From Vulcanimicrobiota bacterium (GTDB lineage Bacteria > Vulcanimicrobiota > Vulcanimicrobiia > Vulcanimicrobiales > Vulcanimicrobiaceae): a stretch of DNA of 64,000 bases. The notes under the pieces are model-generated. The model was given only the letters and a program-made list of their open reading frames with translations, ran no database searches and was not told where the DNA came from. Of this stretch, positions 1-9,941 are shown piece after piece (within the stretch, counting starts at the first letter, position 1; the number at the start of each line of letters is the position of its first letter). The stretch is from contig CAWAXX010000012.1 of NCBI GenBank assembly GCA_963786105.1, positions 64,001 to 128,000 on the forward strand. The letters run 5' to 3'. Made by a program: the position numbers and the translations under genes.

Positions 1-273
1 GGATTTCAATTCGGGTAGCGAAGCGTTGGGGACGCCGGCGGTCCGCATGGCCGAGAGCAGCTCGGATCGCACGGTCGTGAGGACCGTCTGCGGATCGACC
101 TTCTTATAGAAATCGGTCGTTAAGTGCTGATAGCCGTTTGCGATTTCGCCGGCGTCGGCCGGCGAAAGGTGGACGGGCGTCGCAGGAGCCGAGAGCGTAC
201 CTGAGGCGGCCGGCAACGCGACGAGCGTGGTGGCGAAGAACGTTCCAATTAACAGAGCAAAGAAGCGTTTCAT
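1..273 (-). CDS. N-terminal part of a second S41 (CtpA-like) peptidase, runs off the window edge
   Basis: Read by hand from ATG at 273: MKRFFALLIGTFFATTLVALPAA...HLTTDFYKKVDPQTVL...GVPNASLPEL. It has a signal peptide and resembles the neighbouring S41 N-terminus (LVDSYYKPVDPQ...IENATLPD). The catalytic region is outside the window. Confidence 0.6.
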   Translation of the reverse strand, partial: MKRFFALLIGTFFATTLVALPAASGTLSAPATPVHLSPADAGEIANGYQHLTTDFYKKVDPQTVLTTVRSELLSAMRTAGVPNASLPELKS

Positions 274-283
274 GCTATCCAAA

Positions 284-1693
284 TCATTGGGAGAGGGAGC
301 GTACCCGGGCCTTCGCAGCGGCGAGCTGCTTGTCGGCCGGAGTGTCGATGAGCGATGGATCCGTATCTTGGTTCACCACGATGTCGGGATCGATGCCGCG
401 GTGTTGGATGTCGCGCCCGAGTGGCGTGACGTATCGAGCGGTCGTGATCTTCAACGCGCCCTGGTCGGGCATCGGATAGATGCTTTGCACCACACCCTTA
501 CCGAACGTGCGCGTTCCGACCAGCGTCGCCAGATGGTAGTCTTGGAGCGCGCCGGCGGTAATCTCCGAAGCGCTGGCGGTGTATTTGTTCACCAGGATAA
601 CGAGTGGCTGCAAACCGCCAATCGCCGTGCCGAGGGCCTCCGAGGTGGTGCGTCCGCCGTCGCGACGAATCGTCGACACGATCGTTCCCTGCGGAACGAA
701 GAGGGACGAGATCTGAACTGCAGTTTCCAAGAGACCGCCGCCGTTGTCGCGCAGGTCGAGGATATAGCCTTTGGCTCCCTTGGCGTGGCCTTCGAGCAAC
801 GCCTTACGCACTTCGTCACCCGACGTTTCGCCAAAGTCCGCTAACCGGACGTAGTCGATGCCGTCTTCCATCTTGGCGCGAACCGACGGTACGTGAATGG
901 TCTCGCGGACGATCGTGTACGAGCGCTCTTGCGTTCCGCCCTTAAAGGGATGGGTCGTCAACAGGACGGCCGTTCCCGCCTGGCCGCGGATCATTTGCTC
1001 GACGCGATCGAGCGTAAGCCCGCGCACCGGCTTGCCGCCGACCGTGTCGACGACTTCGCCGGGCTTCATCCCGGCGCGCGCGGCCGGCATTTGTTCGATG
1101 GGCTGCACCACGACCCGGCCGTCTTTTAGTTGATAAATGTAGACGCCGATTCCGCCGAAGTTTCCGCCGCTGAGCGATTCGTGTAGCCCTTGATATTCGC
1201 GCGGCGAGAGATAGACGGTATAGGGGTCTTTCATCGAGGCCATGATGCCGCGCAGCGCCGTCTCGGAGAGATCGCTGCGTCCGGTGGCTCCTAGCTTATC
1301 GGCGTAGTGCTGCTGCGCGTACGAAAGTTGACTGGCGACGAGTTCGGCATCCTGTCCGACGTTGCCGCTCGCGCTTTGATCCGGTAACGTGGCGTTCTCG
1401 ATCTTCTTGGAGTGCAGGTAGCTGCGCAGCGCCGCCTGCTCGCCGACGAGCGGCATTTGCGGGTCGACCGGTTTGTAGTAGCTATCGACGAGCTTGCGCA
1501 GTGCGAGTGCCGCCAGCTGCGGGCTGGCCGCTTCCATAGGGTCGAACAAGTCGCGAACGTCGCCGGTGGTGGCGACGTCGAAACCTTGTTGCTGCGCTAC
1601 CACGGCAGTGCGATGCGCGACGAATATCGCCGCTGCCGCGGCGACGATGACGACGATGAGCGCGGCGAGCAGCGCGCGGATTCGGAGGGTCAT
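284..1693 (-). CDS. ctpA: C-terminal processing peptidase, S41 family, with PDZ domain
   Basis: DPYTVYL, GIGVYI (PDZ), ILDLRDNGGGLL, catalytic TASASEI and TFGKG motifs; N-terminal membrane anchor. Confidence 0.92.
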   Translation of the reverse strand: MTLRIRALLAALIVVIVAAAAAIFVAHRTAVVAQQQGFDVATTGDVRDLFDPMEAASPQLAALALRKLVDSYYKPVDPQMPLVGEQAALRSYLHSKKIENATLPDQSASGNVGQDAELVASQLSYAQQHYADKLGATGRSDLSETALRGIMASMKDPYTVYLSPREYQGLHESLSGGNFGGIGVYIYQLKDGRVVVQPIEQMPAARAGMKPGEVVDTVGGKPVRGLTLDRVEQMIRGQAGTAVLLTTHPFKGGTQERSYTIVRETIHVPSVRAKMEDGIDYVRLADFGETSGDEVRKALLEGHAKGAKGYILDLRDNGGGLLETAVQISSLFVPQGTIVSTIRRDGGRTTSEALGTAIGGLQPLVILVNKYTASASEITAGALQDYHLATLVGTRTFGKGVVQSIYPMPDQGALKITTARYVTPLGRDIQHRGIDPDIVVNQDTDPSLIDTPADKQLAAAKARVRSLSQ

Positions 1694-1758
1694 TTGTCCT
1701 TTACACTACCCGGATTGTCGGGCTAGGGGTTTCTTCCCAGAACGATACTCGATAAGTC

Positions 1759-2958
1759 TTAATGGAGCCGGGGGGCGGGGTCTACGGGTTTTCCATCAAT
1801 TCTTACCTCAAAATGGAGGTGAGGGCCCGTCGATGCGCCGGTCGAGCCCACGGCTCCAATCGCCTGGCCGCGCTTGACGCTCTGACCGTTGGAAACGTAG
1901 ATCGCCGAGAGATGGCCGTAGCCGGTGGAGTACCCACCGCCGTGGTCGATCAAAACGTAATTGCCATAGCCGCCGTACCATTGTGCCATGATAACGTTTC
2001 CGCCGGCCGCCGACGTTACCGTCGTCCCGCTCGGGGCGGCGATGTCGAGGCCTTGATGGAACTCCGGCGACCCACCGAACGGGTTCGACCGCCAGCCGAA
2101 GGGCGAGGTGATGGTGCCGGTCACCGGCCACGAGAAGCTGCCGGGGCCGCCTGGCGCTTCCTCGCCACCGCCACCGGTAATGCCGGCCGCCCGCCGCTGC
2201 GCCGCCAGTTCGCGCTGGCGCTGCTGAATGAGCGACTCGAGCTGGGACTCCTCGGCCGCCGACAAGTCTTCCATTTGGGCCACTTGCGAGGCCACCGTGC
2301 GCCGCTCGGCGCCGGTCAGATTAACGAGGTTACGCCGCTCGGCCGCCAGCGTGCCGAGCTGGTTGCGAGCCTCCATTTGGGCCTCTTGCTCCTGCTGCAG
2401 TTGCAGGCGCGCGCGCTCGAGATTGGCTTCGACGGTCGCCACCAGGCTTTCAGCTCGCTTGCGAGCCCGAACCGCCCGTTGGTTGGCGCCGATGAGGAGG
2501 CGTAAATCTTCCCAGCGTTCGACGAAGTCGCTAAACGAGTGCGCCGAAATGAGGACGTTGACGTAGCTAAGGTCGCCGTTTTCATAAATATCGACCAATC
2601 GCCGGCGCAGCATGTCGTCGTGCAGCTTCAACGATCGTTTGGCGGCATCGAGCTGCACGGTATTCCAGTCGAGCCTGCGTTGCGTAGATGCGGCTTGCGC
2701 ATCCAGTCCGCCGATTCGGTCGTTGACGTTTTGGATTGCCGCGTTGGTTTCGCTGAGCTGGGACTGCAAATCGTTGTATCGCCGAGTGACGGCGTGGAGC
2801 TGCGAACGTTTGACGTGAAGCGTTGCTTGAATCTTAGCGGCTTTTGCCCGCTCGGCCTCGATGCGCTGCTGGATCGTCGGCTGGCTGCCGGCGGCCAAAC
2901 CCGGAAGCAGCACGAACGCCATCGCAAATGCGGCGACCCCGCGGCGTACATCGTTCAA
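1759..2958 (-). CDS. Coiled-coil plus M23 peptidase (EnvC-like FtsEX partner)
   Basis: Signal peptide, long coiled coil, C-terminal M23 domain with HQGLD, YGHL and STGPHLHFEV; directly downstream of ftsX. Confidence 0.9.
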   Translation of the reverse strand: MNDVRRGVAAFAMAFVLLPGLAAGSQPTIQQRIEAERAKAAKIQATLHVKRSQLHAVTRRYNDLQSQLSETNAAIQNVNDRIGGLDAQAASTQRRLDWNTVQLDAAKRSLKLHDDMLRRRLVDIYENGDLSYVNVLISAHSFSDFVERWEDLRLLIGANQRAVRARKRAESLVATVEANLERARLQLQQEQEAQMEARNQLGTLAAERRNLVNLTGAERRTVASQVAQMEDLSAAEESQLESLIQQRQRELAAQRRAAGITGGGGEEAPGGPGSFSWPVTGTITSPFGWRSNPFGGSPEFHQGLDIAAPSGTTVTSAAGGNVIMAQWYGGYGNYVLIDHGGGYSTGYGHLSAIYVSNGQSVKRGQAIGAVGSTGASTGPHLHFEVRIDGKPVDPAPRLH

Positions 2959-2964
2959 GGGCTG

Positions 2965-3846
2965 CTACGTCCTCAGATGGCGGCCGACCGAGATCCACGA
3001 CGCAACGACGCCTACCGCACCGCCCACGGCAAACAGTTCGGCCACGAGGACGGTGGGACTGAGCGCGTTCGTGTTGAGTTGGACCCAGGGCAGCGCTTCG
3101 AGGAGCCTCGGCCAGAGTGTGGCGCGCGCGATGGCGAGAATGCCGACCGCGAGCAGCGCCCCCGTCAGACCGTCGAGCAGTCCTTCGCAAATGAACGGGA
3201 TACGAATGTACAGATTGGTCGCGCCGACGAGCTGCATGATCGAAATCTCCCGGCGGCGAGCGAACACCGTTAGGCGTATGGTGTTCGAAATGATGATGCC
3301 GGCGACCGCCAGAAAAACGACGATGACGCCGATGCCGACGCGCCTCAGAACGACCCCGAGCTGCAACAGGCGCGCGACGATGGTTTGCCCGTATACGACG
3401 TTCTGGATGCCGTCCAGACGGCGAATGCCGGCGGCTACGGCCGGCACTTGTTCGGGAATGCGAACTTTGACGCGAAACTTATCTGGTAGCGGGTTTTCGG
3501 TCAGCAATGCGGTGTCGATTACGCCTTTGGTACGGTCGCGGAGCTCCGCCAATCCCCGCTTCTTGGGTATGAAGTCGACCGACGCAACCCGCGGATCCGC
3601 CGTCAAGAAATGACGAATCGACTGCACTTGTGCGGGGGTGGTGTCGGCTTTCAAATACGCCGAAATTTCGATCTGATCCAAAAGGTGCGCGCCCATCCCC
3701 GCGAGCGCCGCGCGCACGAACAGGAAGAGCCCCAAGAGAACGATCGTAATGGCGACCGTGCCGATGGCGGTCGCCTGCATGCTGGCGTTGCGCGTGAAGT
3801 TGCGCAACACCTCACCCAGAAAGAATCTGACCCTGCCCCAGTCCAA
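2965..3846 (-). CDS. ftsX: Cell division permease FtsX
   Basis: ENPLPD, IISNTIRLTVFARRREISIMQLVGAT, IRIPFICEG motifs; four TM segments; overlaps ftsE. Confidence 0.93.
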   Translation of the reverse strand: MDWGRVRFFLGEVLRNFTRNASMQATAIGTVAITIVLLGLFLFVRAALAGMGAHLLDQIEISAYLKADTTPAQVQSIRHFLTADPRVASVDFIPKKRGLAELRDRTKGVIDTALLTENPLPDKFRVKVRIPEQVPAVAAGIRRLDGIQNVVYGQTIVARLLQLGVVLRRVGIGVIVVFLAVAGIIISNTIRLTVFARRREISIMQLVGATNLYIRIPFICEGLLDGLTGALLAVGILAIARATLWPRLLEALPWVQLNTNALSPTVLVAELFAVGGAVGVVASWISVGRHLRT

Positions 3847-4522
3847 GATAGTAGTAGCCCCGTTCTTCGTCGGTGACGATTCGGCCGTCCTCCAAGCGCA
3901 CGACTCGGCGCCGCATACGGTCGACGACGGCCTGGTTGTGCGTTGCGACGACGACGGTCGTGCCTTTTAGGTTGATGCGGAGCAACAGCTCCATGATTTC
4001 GGAAGTGTTCGATGGATCGAGATTTCCGGTTGGCTCGTCGCACAGTAAAATCTTCGGGTTGTTCACGAGCGCTCGCGCGATCGCACTGCGCTGCTGCTCG
4101 CCACCCGAAAGCTCTCCAGGATACATGCGGCTCTTGTGCGAGAGGCCGACGAGATCGAGTACGCGCGGCACTTGCCGCATGATGTCGCGCGTGTGTGCGC
4201 CGGTGACTTGCATCGCGAAGGCGACGTTCTCCCACACGGTCTTGTCGACGAGCAGCTTGTAGTCTTGAAAGACGACGCCCAGATGCCGTCTTAACGCAGG
4301 CACGCGCGGGCGCCGCAATCGGTCTACGCGAATCCCGTCGAGGATGATTTCGCCCGAGGTCGGTCGCGCTTCGCGATACAACAGGCGAAGCAGACTCGAC
4401 TTCCCCGTGCCCGAATGCCCGACCAGAAACACGAACTCGCCTTTTGCGATTTCGAGGTTCACGTTGTCGAGGGCATGCACGCCGTTCGGGTAGATCAGCG
4501 AAACGTTGCGCAAGGAGATCAT
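3812..4522 (-). CDS. ftsE: Cell division ATP-binding protein FtsE
   Basis: Start MISLRNVSLIY at ATG 4522; Walker A GHSGTGKS, GVVFQDYKLL, LSGGEQQR, LLCDEPTGNLD. Confidence 0.94.
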   Translation of the reverse strand: MISLRNVSLIYPNGVHALDNVNLEIAKGEFVFLVGHSGTGKSSLLRLLYREARPTSGEIILDGIRVDRLRRPRVPALRRHLGVVFQDYKLLVDKTVWENVAFAMQVTGAHTRDIMRQVPRVLDLVGLSHKSRMYPGELSGGEQQRSAIARALVNNPKILLCDEPTGNLDPSNTSEIMELLLRINLKGTTVVVATHNQAVVDRMRRRVVRLEDGRIVTDEERGYYYLGLGQGQILSG

Positions 4523-4567
4523 CGCTGCGAAAGGAGTTTTCCGCAGGCTGCGACCTATACCTCTGCC

Positions 4568-5716
4568 ATGAACTTCGATTTGACCGACGAGCAACGGGCG
4601 ATCCAAAGCCTGGCGCGCGAGTTCGCACAGAACGAGGTGAAACCGCGCGCCGAGCAGATGGACCGCGACGAGGCGTTCCCCTACGATCTCGTTGCCAAGA
4701 TGGGTGAATTGGGCTTCATGGGGCTGCCTTTTCCCGAGGAGTACGGGGGCGCCGGCGGCGACACCGTGAGCTACGCGCTGGCCGTCATGGAGATCGCGCG
4801 CGCCGACGCCTCCACGGCGATTACGATGGCCGCGCACGTCTCGCTTGGCGCCACACCGTTCTACCTTTTCGGCACGCAGGAGCAGAAGGAGCGTTACCTG
4901 GTGCCGTTGGCGCAAGGCAAGATGCTTTGGGGTTTCGGGTTGACCGAGCCCAATGCCGGAAGCGACGCGGGAAACGTCTCGACCAAGGCAACGCTGAAGG
5001 ACGGCAAGTGGGTCATCAACGGAACCAAGGCATTCATCACCAACTCCGGGACCGACATCAGCGGCGGCACCACCATCACGGCCGTGACCGGAACCCGCCC
5101 CGACGGCAAACCGGAAATTTCCAACATCATCGTGCCTCAGGGTGCGCCCGGGTTCGTGCGCAGCAAGAAGTATAAGAAGATGGGATGGCGTGCGTCGGAC
5201 ACGCGCGAGCTCTCGTTCGCCGACGCAACCGTTCCGGAGGAAAACTTGCTTGGACCACGAGGCGAGGGGTACCGCCAGTTCCTGACGATTCTCGATGGAG
5301 GGCGGATCTCGGTGGCGGCGCTGTCGATCGGTCTCGCGACCGGCGCGTACGACGAGGCCATCAAATACGCAAAGGAGCGCCACGCGTTCGGCCGGCCGAT
5401 CAGCAAGTTTCAGGCTATCTCGTTCAAGCTCGTCGATATGCTCACCGAAATCGAGCACGCTCGGCTTATGATGCTGCGGGCTGCCTGGGAGAAAGACCAG
5501 GGTCGCGACTACGTGCAATCGGCCTCGTTCGCCAAGCTCTTTGCTGGAGAACTTTCGCACCGCGTCGTCAACGAAGCGCTTCAGGTGCACGGTGGCTACG
5601 GGTTCATGGACGAGTATCCGATTTCGCGAATGTACCGCGATCAGAAGATCAACGAAATCGGCGAAGGAACCAACGAGGTGCAGCGGTTAGTGCTGGCTCG
5701 CCTGATGGGCCTATGA
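4568..5716 (+). CDS. Acyl-CoA dehydrogenase
   Basis: MNFDLTDEQ start; LTEPNAGSDA, INGTKAFITN, GRISVAA, QVHGGYG, IGEGTNEVQR. Confidence 0.93.
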   Translation: MNFDLTDEQRAIQSLAREFAQNEVKPRAEQMDRDEAFPYDLVAKMGELGFMGLPFPEEYGGAGGDTVSYALAVMEIARADASTAITMAAHVSLGATPFYLFGTQEQKERYLVPLAQGKMLWGFGLTEPNAGSDAGNVSTKATLKDGKWVINGTKAFITNSGTDISGGTTITAVTGTRPDGKPEISNIIVPQGAPGFVRSKKYKKMGWRASDTRELSFADATVPEENLLGPRGEGYRQFLTILDGGRISVAALSIGLATGAYDEAIKYAKERHAFGRPISKFQAISFKLVDMLTEIEHARLMMLRAAWEKDQGRDYVQSASFAKLFAGELSHRVVNEALQVHGGYGFMDEYPISRMYRDQKINEIGEGTNEVQRLVLARLMGL

Positions 5717-5726
5717 GAGTCTCATA

Positions 5727-6269
5727 GTGAGCGCGGAGCAGGCTTTTGCCGCCGCTTCGGTCGTCGTCTCGCTCGTCGCGTTAGGCCTATCGTCTTTCCT
5801 TCTTACTCGCCAGAACAAGCAAATCGAGCACGAGCGCAACGCGCTCGCAATTTTGGACGCTATCGCCCGGCTGACGGATCAGAAAATCGTCGAGGCGTTC
5901 GCGCAACTCGACGGAATCGGCGAGCGCTATTCCGACGACGAAACGTTGCGTCGGGATTTCAGCGGTTCGTCCGACGATCGCGCACTCGTGCTGGTCGCAC
6001 AGTACGTGGAAACGGTCGCGTGCTTGACGCGCCGGCGGGTACTCGACGCATCGCTGCTCGTCGACGCGGTCGGCTTCATGCTGCGCTCGCGGTGGGAGAC
6101 GATTCGACCGTTCGTCGCAAGGCTGCGGCGCGTCCGCGACAACGAGTTTCTCTTCGAGAACTTCGAATGGCTCGTGATGTACAGCAGCTGGTGGAGGGAT
6201 ACGCCGCGGCCGCCCAACGACCCCAACTACGATCCAGGGCAGTTCGCCGGCGTGGAGTTCAAAGTTTAA
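5727..6269 (+). CDS. Hypothetical protein with N-terminal TM helix (DUF4760-like)
   Basis: Co-oriented 10 nt after the dehydrogenase; hydrophobic N-terminus, helical body ending in FENFEWL. Confidence 0.6.
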   Translation: MSAEQAFAAASVVVSLVALGLSSFLLTRQNKQIEHERNALAILDAIARLTDQKIVEAFAQLDGIGERYSDDETLRRDFSGSSDDRALVLVAQYVETVACLTRRRVLDASLLVDAVGFMLRSRWETIRPFVARLRRVRDNEFLFENFEWLVMYSSWWRDTPRPPNDPNYDPGQFAGVEFKV

Positions 6270-6292
6270 AGGTTCCCTAAGAGGCCGGCCGG

Positions 6293-6730
6293 CTAGCGTT
6301 TCCGATGGAGGTCCGGGCAGTCGAAGGGTCCGGAGTAAACCGTTTCGCCGTGCTGGTCGCGTCCGATGACGACGACGAGATGCGACGCAAGGGGGGAGCG
6401 GTGACCCTCCGACACGACGAACGCCGAACCGCGCGGCCCCCTGACGGTAAAGGTGACGCGCTCGCGCAGTTCGCCATTCTCCGAGGATGACGAGCCGCCG
6501 GTAAAGCCTTGCTGCGCGATCGGCGTTCCGAGCCATCGGGTCGCGGCCGGGCTCGAGCGCACGGCGGCGATTCCGCAGACGTGCGCGTCGCTGCGGTCCA
6601 TCATGCCCAGGATTGCGAGGGCGAACGCGACGACCGAGGCGACGAACGCAACGAGCACGATCAGCACGGCGATCGCGACCACCCAAATGACGCGCGGGTT
6701 GATGCCCGAAGGTCCGGCGGCAGGTTCCAC
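6293..6730 (-). CDS. Cytochrome c oxidase assembly factor Coa1-like membrane protein
   Basis: TM helix then AAVRSSPAATRWLGTPI...FTVRGPRGSA pattern; start placed at GTG 6730, 6 nt after a TATGAT -10 box. Confidence 0.6.
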   Translation of the reverse strand: MEPAAGPSGINPRVIWVVAIAVLIVLVAFVASVVAFALAILGMMDRSDAHVCGIAAVRSSPAATRWLGTPIAQQGFTGGSSSSENGELRERVTFTVRGPRGSAFVVSEGHRSPLASHLVVVIGRDQHGETVYSGPFDCPDLHRKR

Positions 6731-6809
6731 GCGACAATCATAGCACTCATGCATTCTTGCGCGACGGCGTGGTATGCTGGGCGTCTAAACCGGAGGAACT
6801 ACCTAGAAG

Positions 6810-7367
6810 ATGAAACGTCGATTCACCAATCCGCTGCTGCTCGCCATCGTGGCGGTCTTCGCCCTGACGGCTCCGGTGGTCGCCGCGCTGTCCACCGGCG
6901 CCAAGGCACCCGACTTCACGCTCCAAGCGACGCAGGGCGGAAACGTCTTTACTTTCAGCCTGGCGGCGGCGTTGGCGAAGGGGCCGGTCGTGCTCTATTT
7001 TTATCCGGCGGCATTTACGACGGGCTGTACGATCGAGGCGCACGACTTTGCCGACGCGATCGATCAATATCACGCAATGGGGGCGACGGTGATCGGCGTT
7101 TCCCACGACCAGCTCGACACGCTTCAAAAGTTCTCCGTGAGCGAATGCCGCAGTAAGTTTGCGGTCGCGGCCGACACGCAGCAAACCGTCGAAAAAGCGT
7201 ACGACGCCGTGCTGGCGCAACATCCGCAATACGCCAATCGGACGTCGTACGTCATCGCGCCCGACGGCACGATCATTTACACGTATACGAACCTGGATCC
7301 GTCGCTGCACGTCCAGAACACGCTCGCCGCGCTCAAGACCTGGTCGTCGACCCACCCAAAAAACTAA
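6810..7367 (+). CDS. Exported peroxiredoxin (BCP/AhpC-TSA family)
   Basis: Signal peptide; GAKAPDFTL, VVLYFYPAAFTTGCTIEA (peroxidatic Cys), RTSYVIAPDG; SD GGAGG upstream. Confidence 0.9.
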   Translation: MKRRFTNPLLLAIVAVFALTAPVVAALSTGAKAPDFTLQATQGGNVFTFSLAAALAKGPVVLYFYPAAFTTGCTIEAHDFADAIDQYHAMGATVIGVSHDQLDTLQKFSVSECRSKFAVAADTQQTVEKAYDAVLAQHPQYANRTSYVIAPDGTIIYTYTNLDPSLHVQNTLAALKTWSSTHPKN

Positions 7368-7537
7368 AGGGGCTCGAGCACGGCGTGCCGGTCGAGTACG
7401 CACGCGTCGTGTACGCCGCGCAGTAGCGGCCGTCGCTTCGACGGTCCATGAACTCATCGTCGGCCGCCCGCCCGCCCGGACGCTCGCGTGCGCCGACGGT
7501 GTTATAGTTTTCTCAGCTGAACTGAGAGGAGAACTTC

Positions 7538-8644
7538 ATGCACCGTTCATCGACGATTTGCTCGGCGCTCGCGCTGGCCCTTGCCGGATGCGGTGGCCAG
7601 CACGCTGCCGGCGGTTTTGCGCCACCACAGCTCTCGGCGACTGGAGTTGCCGCCGATCGAAGCGCCGGCGTTTCGCAGCGACTCCAGCCCGACACGTTTC
7701 CGGTATCGCGGAATTCGATACGGATGCCGGTTCGAATCCGGCCATCGCTTCCGACCCCGCGGGGAACCTGGCGGGGAACGAGTTCATCGCCGGCCGCAAT
7801 CCCAACGGACGTAGCGCTCTTTGGATTCCACGAAACGACGCACGTCTTTACGACGTTTTACTTGCCGCATTCGGACTCGGAGCCGCCGGACGCGCTCGCG
7901 CTTAGCTCGAACGGCGGCGAAATGTGGTTCGCAATTCCCGACGCGAGCACAGTCGGCTACATGAACCTGGGGAGCGAAGAATTCCAGCAGTTCCAGGTTC
8001 CTACGCAGCACGCCGGGATTGAGGGAATCGCCGCCGGCCCCGACCACGCCATGTGGTTTACCGAAGCGGACGCCGGGAAGGTCGGCCGCATCAGCACGAT
8101 CAGTCACCACATCTCCGAATATACGCTGCCTACGCCGAATCATCCGGTTGGCATCACGCTCGGAAGCGACGGCGCACTGTGGTTTGCAAACGGTCATGCA
8201 ATCTCGCGCATCTCGACGAATGGCCACGAGAGCGACTACTCGATCGGCAACAACTATGCGAACGCCGTAACGACCGGCCCCGACGGGGCTATCTGGTTTA
8301 CCGGGCAGTCAGATCACAACGGTGGTTTGCTGGGACGCATCGACTTGTCGACCCACGTGCGAAAAGTCGTCAAGTACGGCGCAGGCGACGGAGGAAACGC
8401 GGGCATCGTAACCCGGGGATCCGACTTATGGGTAACGGCGCAACAAGCGAACACGATAGACCACTATGACCCAGCGTCGAACACGATATATCGGCGGTCC
8501 CTGCCGCACGGCTATACCCGGCCACGGGGCATCGCACTCGGTGCCGATCACCAGTTGTGGTTCACCAACGACGGGCCCAGCGAAAGTGCCACTGGCAAGC
8601 TTTGCCCCACACGGCCGTCGAGCCAGTGCATGACGAGCCCCTAA
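7538..8644 (+). CDS. Virginiamycin B lyase-like beta-propeller lipoprotein (probable compensating frameshifts near 7700 and 7800)
   Basis: Lipobox LAGC; repeats GIAAGPDHAMWFTE, GITLGSDGALWFA, TTGPDGAIWFT; the first blade (GIAEFDTDAGSNPAIASDPAGN) lies in another frame. Confidence 0.75.
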   Translation: MHRSSTICSALALALAGCGGQHAAGGFAPPQLSATGVAADRSAGVSQRLQPDTFPVSRNSIRMPVRIRPSLPTPRGTWRGTSSSPAAIPTDVALFGFHETTHVFTTFYLPHSDSEPPDALALSSNGGEMWFAIPDASTVGYMNLGSEEFQQFQVPTQHAGIEGIAAGPDHAMWFTEADAGKVGRISTISHHISEYTLPTPNHPVGITLGSDGALWFANGHAISRISTNGHESDYSIGNNYANAVTTGPDGAIWFTGQSDHNGGLLGRIDLSTHVRKVVKYGAGDGGNAGIVTRGSDLWVTAQQANTIDHYDPASNTIYRRSLPHGYTRPRGIALGADHQLWFTNDGPSESATGKLCPTRPSSQCMTSP

Positions 8645-8724
8645 CGTTTTGAGGGGACGCCGCGTTTGAATTTTCGCTGAAAACGCGGACGGCACGTCGT
8701 AGGCCTAGCCGGCCACGTCCGGCC

Positions 8725-9939
8725 TCAGACGGCGTCGTCGTTGGCGAATAGCTGCTGGGCGCGCGGAACGCGTTTTTCACGCGTGCCGGCGTCGAGCGCG
8801 GTGACGCCGCGCGGTACGACGTCGATCGGCGGAATTTCGAACAGATCGTCGCCGCCCAACGACGCTTCGTCTTTGAGCCGGCGTCCCTGCGGCAACAGTT
8901 TGGTTTCGTACGAGCCGACCGCGCCGTTGAAGGCGTTGACGGAGCGTTCGAGGTGCCGGCGCACCTCGAGCAAGTGTTCGGAGAATTTCAGGGCGCGCTC
9001 GTACAGCACTTTCCCAATGGTGGCGATGCGCTTGGCATTCTCTTCTTGACGTAGTGCCTGCCAGCCCATGGCAAACGTGCGCAGCAGGCTGATCAACGAG
9101 AGCGGCCCGGTAACCAGGACGCCTTTGTCCAGCGCGTACTCGATCAGCGCCGGATCGTCGCTACACGCCGCGCTCAGAAAGGCTTCGCCGGGGACGAACA
9201 GCACGACGTAATCCGCCGATCCTTTGGCGGTCTGATATCCGCGGCGCGCCAGCGCGTCGACGTGATCGCGTAAGGCCCGCGCGTGTTGTTTGACTAAGTT
9301 TCGCCGCGTCTCGTCGTCGGCGGTTTCCAGGGCGGCCTGCATCGAGTCGGTCGGTGCCTTGGCGTCGACGAAGACGAAGCGCTCGCCCGGGAGATTCACG
9401 GTCATGTCGGGCCGCACGCGCGCTTCTTCGAGGGCGACCGTCTGCTGTTCCGAGAAGTCGCAATACGGCAGCATACCGGCCTTCTCAACGACGTTGCGCA
9501 ACTGCATCTCGCCCCATTTGCCGCGCGAGGCGGGATTGCGCAACGCCGTGACCAGGGTCGACGTCTGGGTCGTCAGGCTCGTGGTCGCGGTTTCGAGTTT
9601 TTCGGCGCGCCCCAACAGATGTTCGATCTGCGCCCGCAGACTGCCCGCGTCGTGCTGCCGCTTGGCTTCGAGTTCTTGAATAAGCCGGTCGAACTCGTGG
9701 AGCTTCTGCGCCACCGGCGCAACCAGTTCGCCGACGCGTTCGCTCGCGCGGCTGGCGGTCGTTTCACGCAACTCGTTCTTGGCCCGCTCCAACAGGGCTT
9801 CGATCGTTTTTTCCTGCGCGCGTTTCGATTCGGTCAGCGTCGCGCGCAAGCCGCTGGTTTCGGCGCGCGATACCAGCCAAACGACGATCGCGCCGGCGGC
9901 GGCGCCGAGGAAGAACGTGATGGCGGCGGCCAGCGTCAT
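8725..9939 (-). CDS. rmuC: DNA recombination protein RmuC
   Basis: N-terminal TM helix, coiled coil, RGKWGEMQL, RPDMTVNLPG, VDAKAP, VLFVPGEAF. Confidence 0.9.
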   Translation of the reverse strand: MTLAAAITFFLGAAAGAIVVWLVSRAETSGLRATLTESKRAQEKTIEALLERAKNELRETTASRASERVGELVAPVAQKLHEFDRLIQELEAKRQHDAGSLRAQIEHLLGRAEKLETATTSLTTQTSTLVTALRNPASRGKWGEMQLRNVVEKAGMLPYCDFSEQQTVALEEARVRPDMTVNLPGERFVFVDAKAPTDSMQAALETADDETRRNLVKQHARALRDHVDALARRGYQTAKGSADYVVLFVPGEAFLSAACSDDPALIEYALDKGVLVTGPLSLISLLRTFAMGWQALRQEENAKRIATIGKVLYERALKFSEHLLEVRRHLERSVNAFNGAVGSYETKLLPQGRRLKDEASLGGDDLFEIPPIDVVPRGVTALDAGTREKRVPRAQQLFANDDAV

Positions 9940-9941
9940 CG

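Noticed and set aside
3812..5590. 592-aa FtsE with a long N-terminal extension
   Set aside because: The extension is the antisense shadow of the acyl-CoA dehydrogenase.
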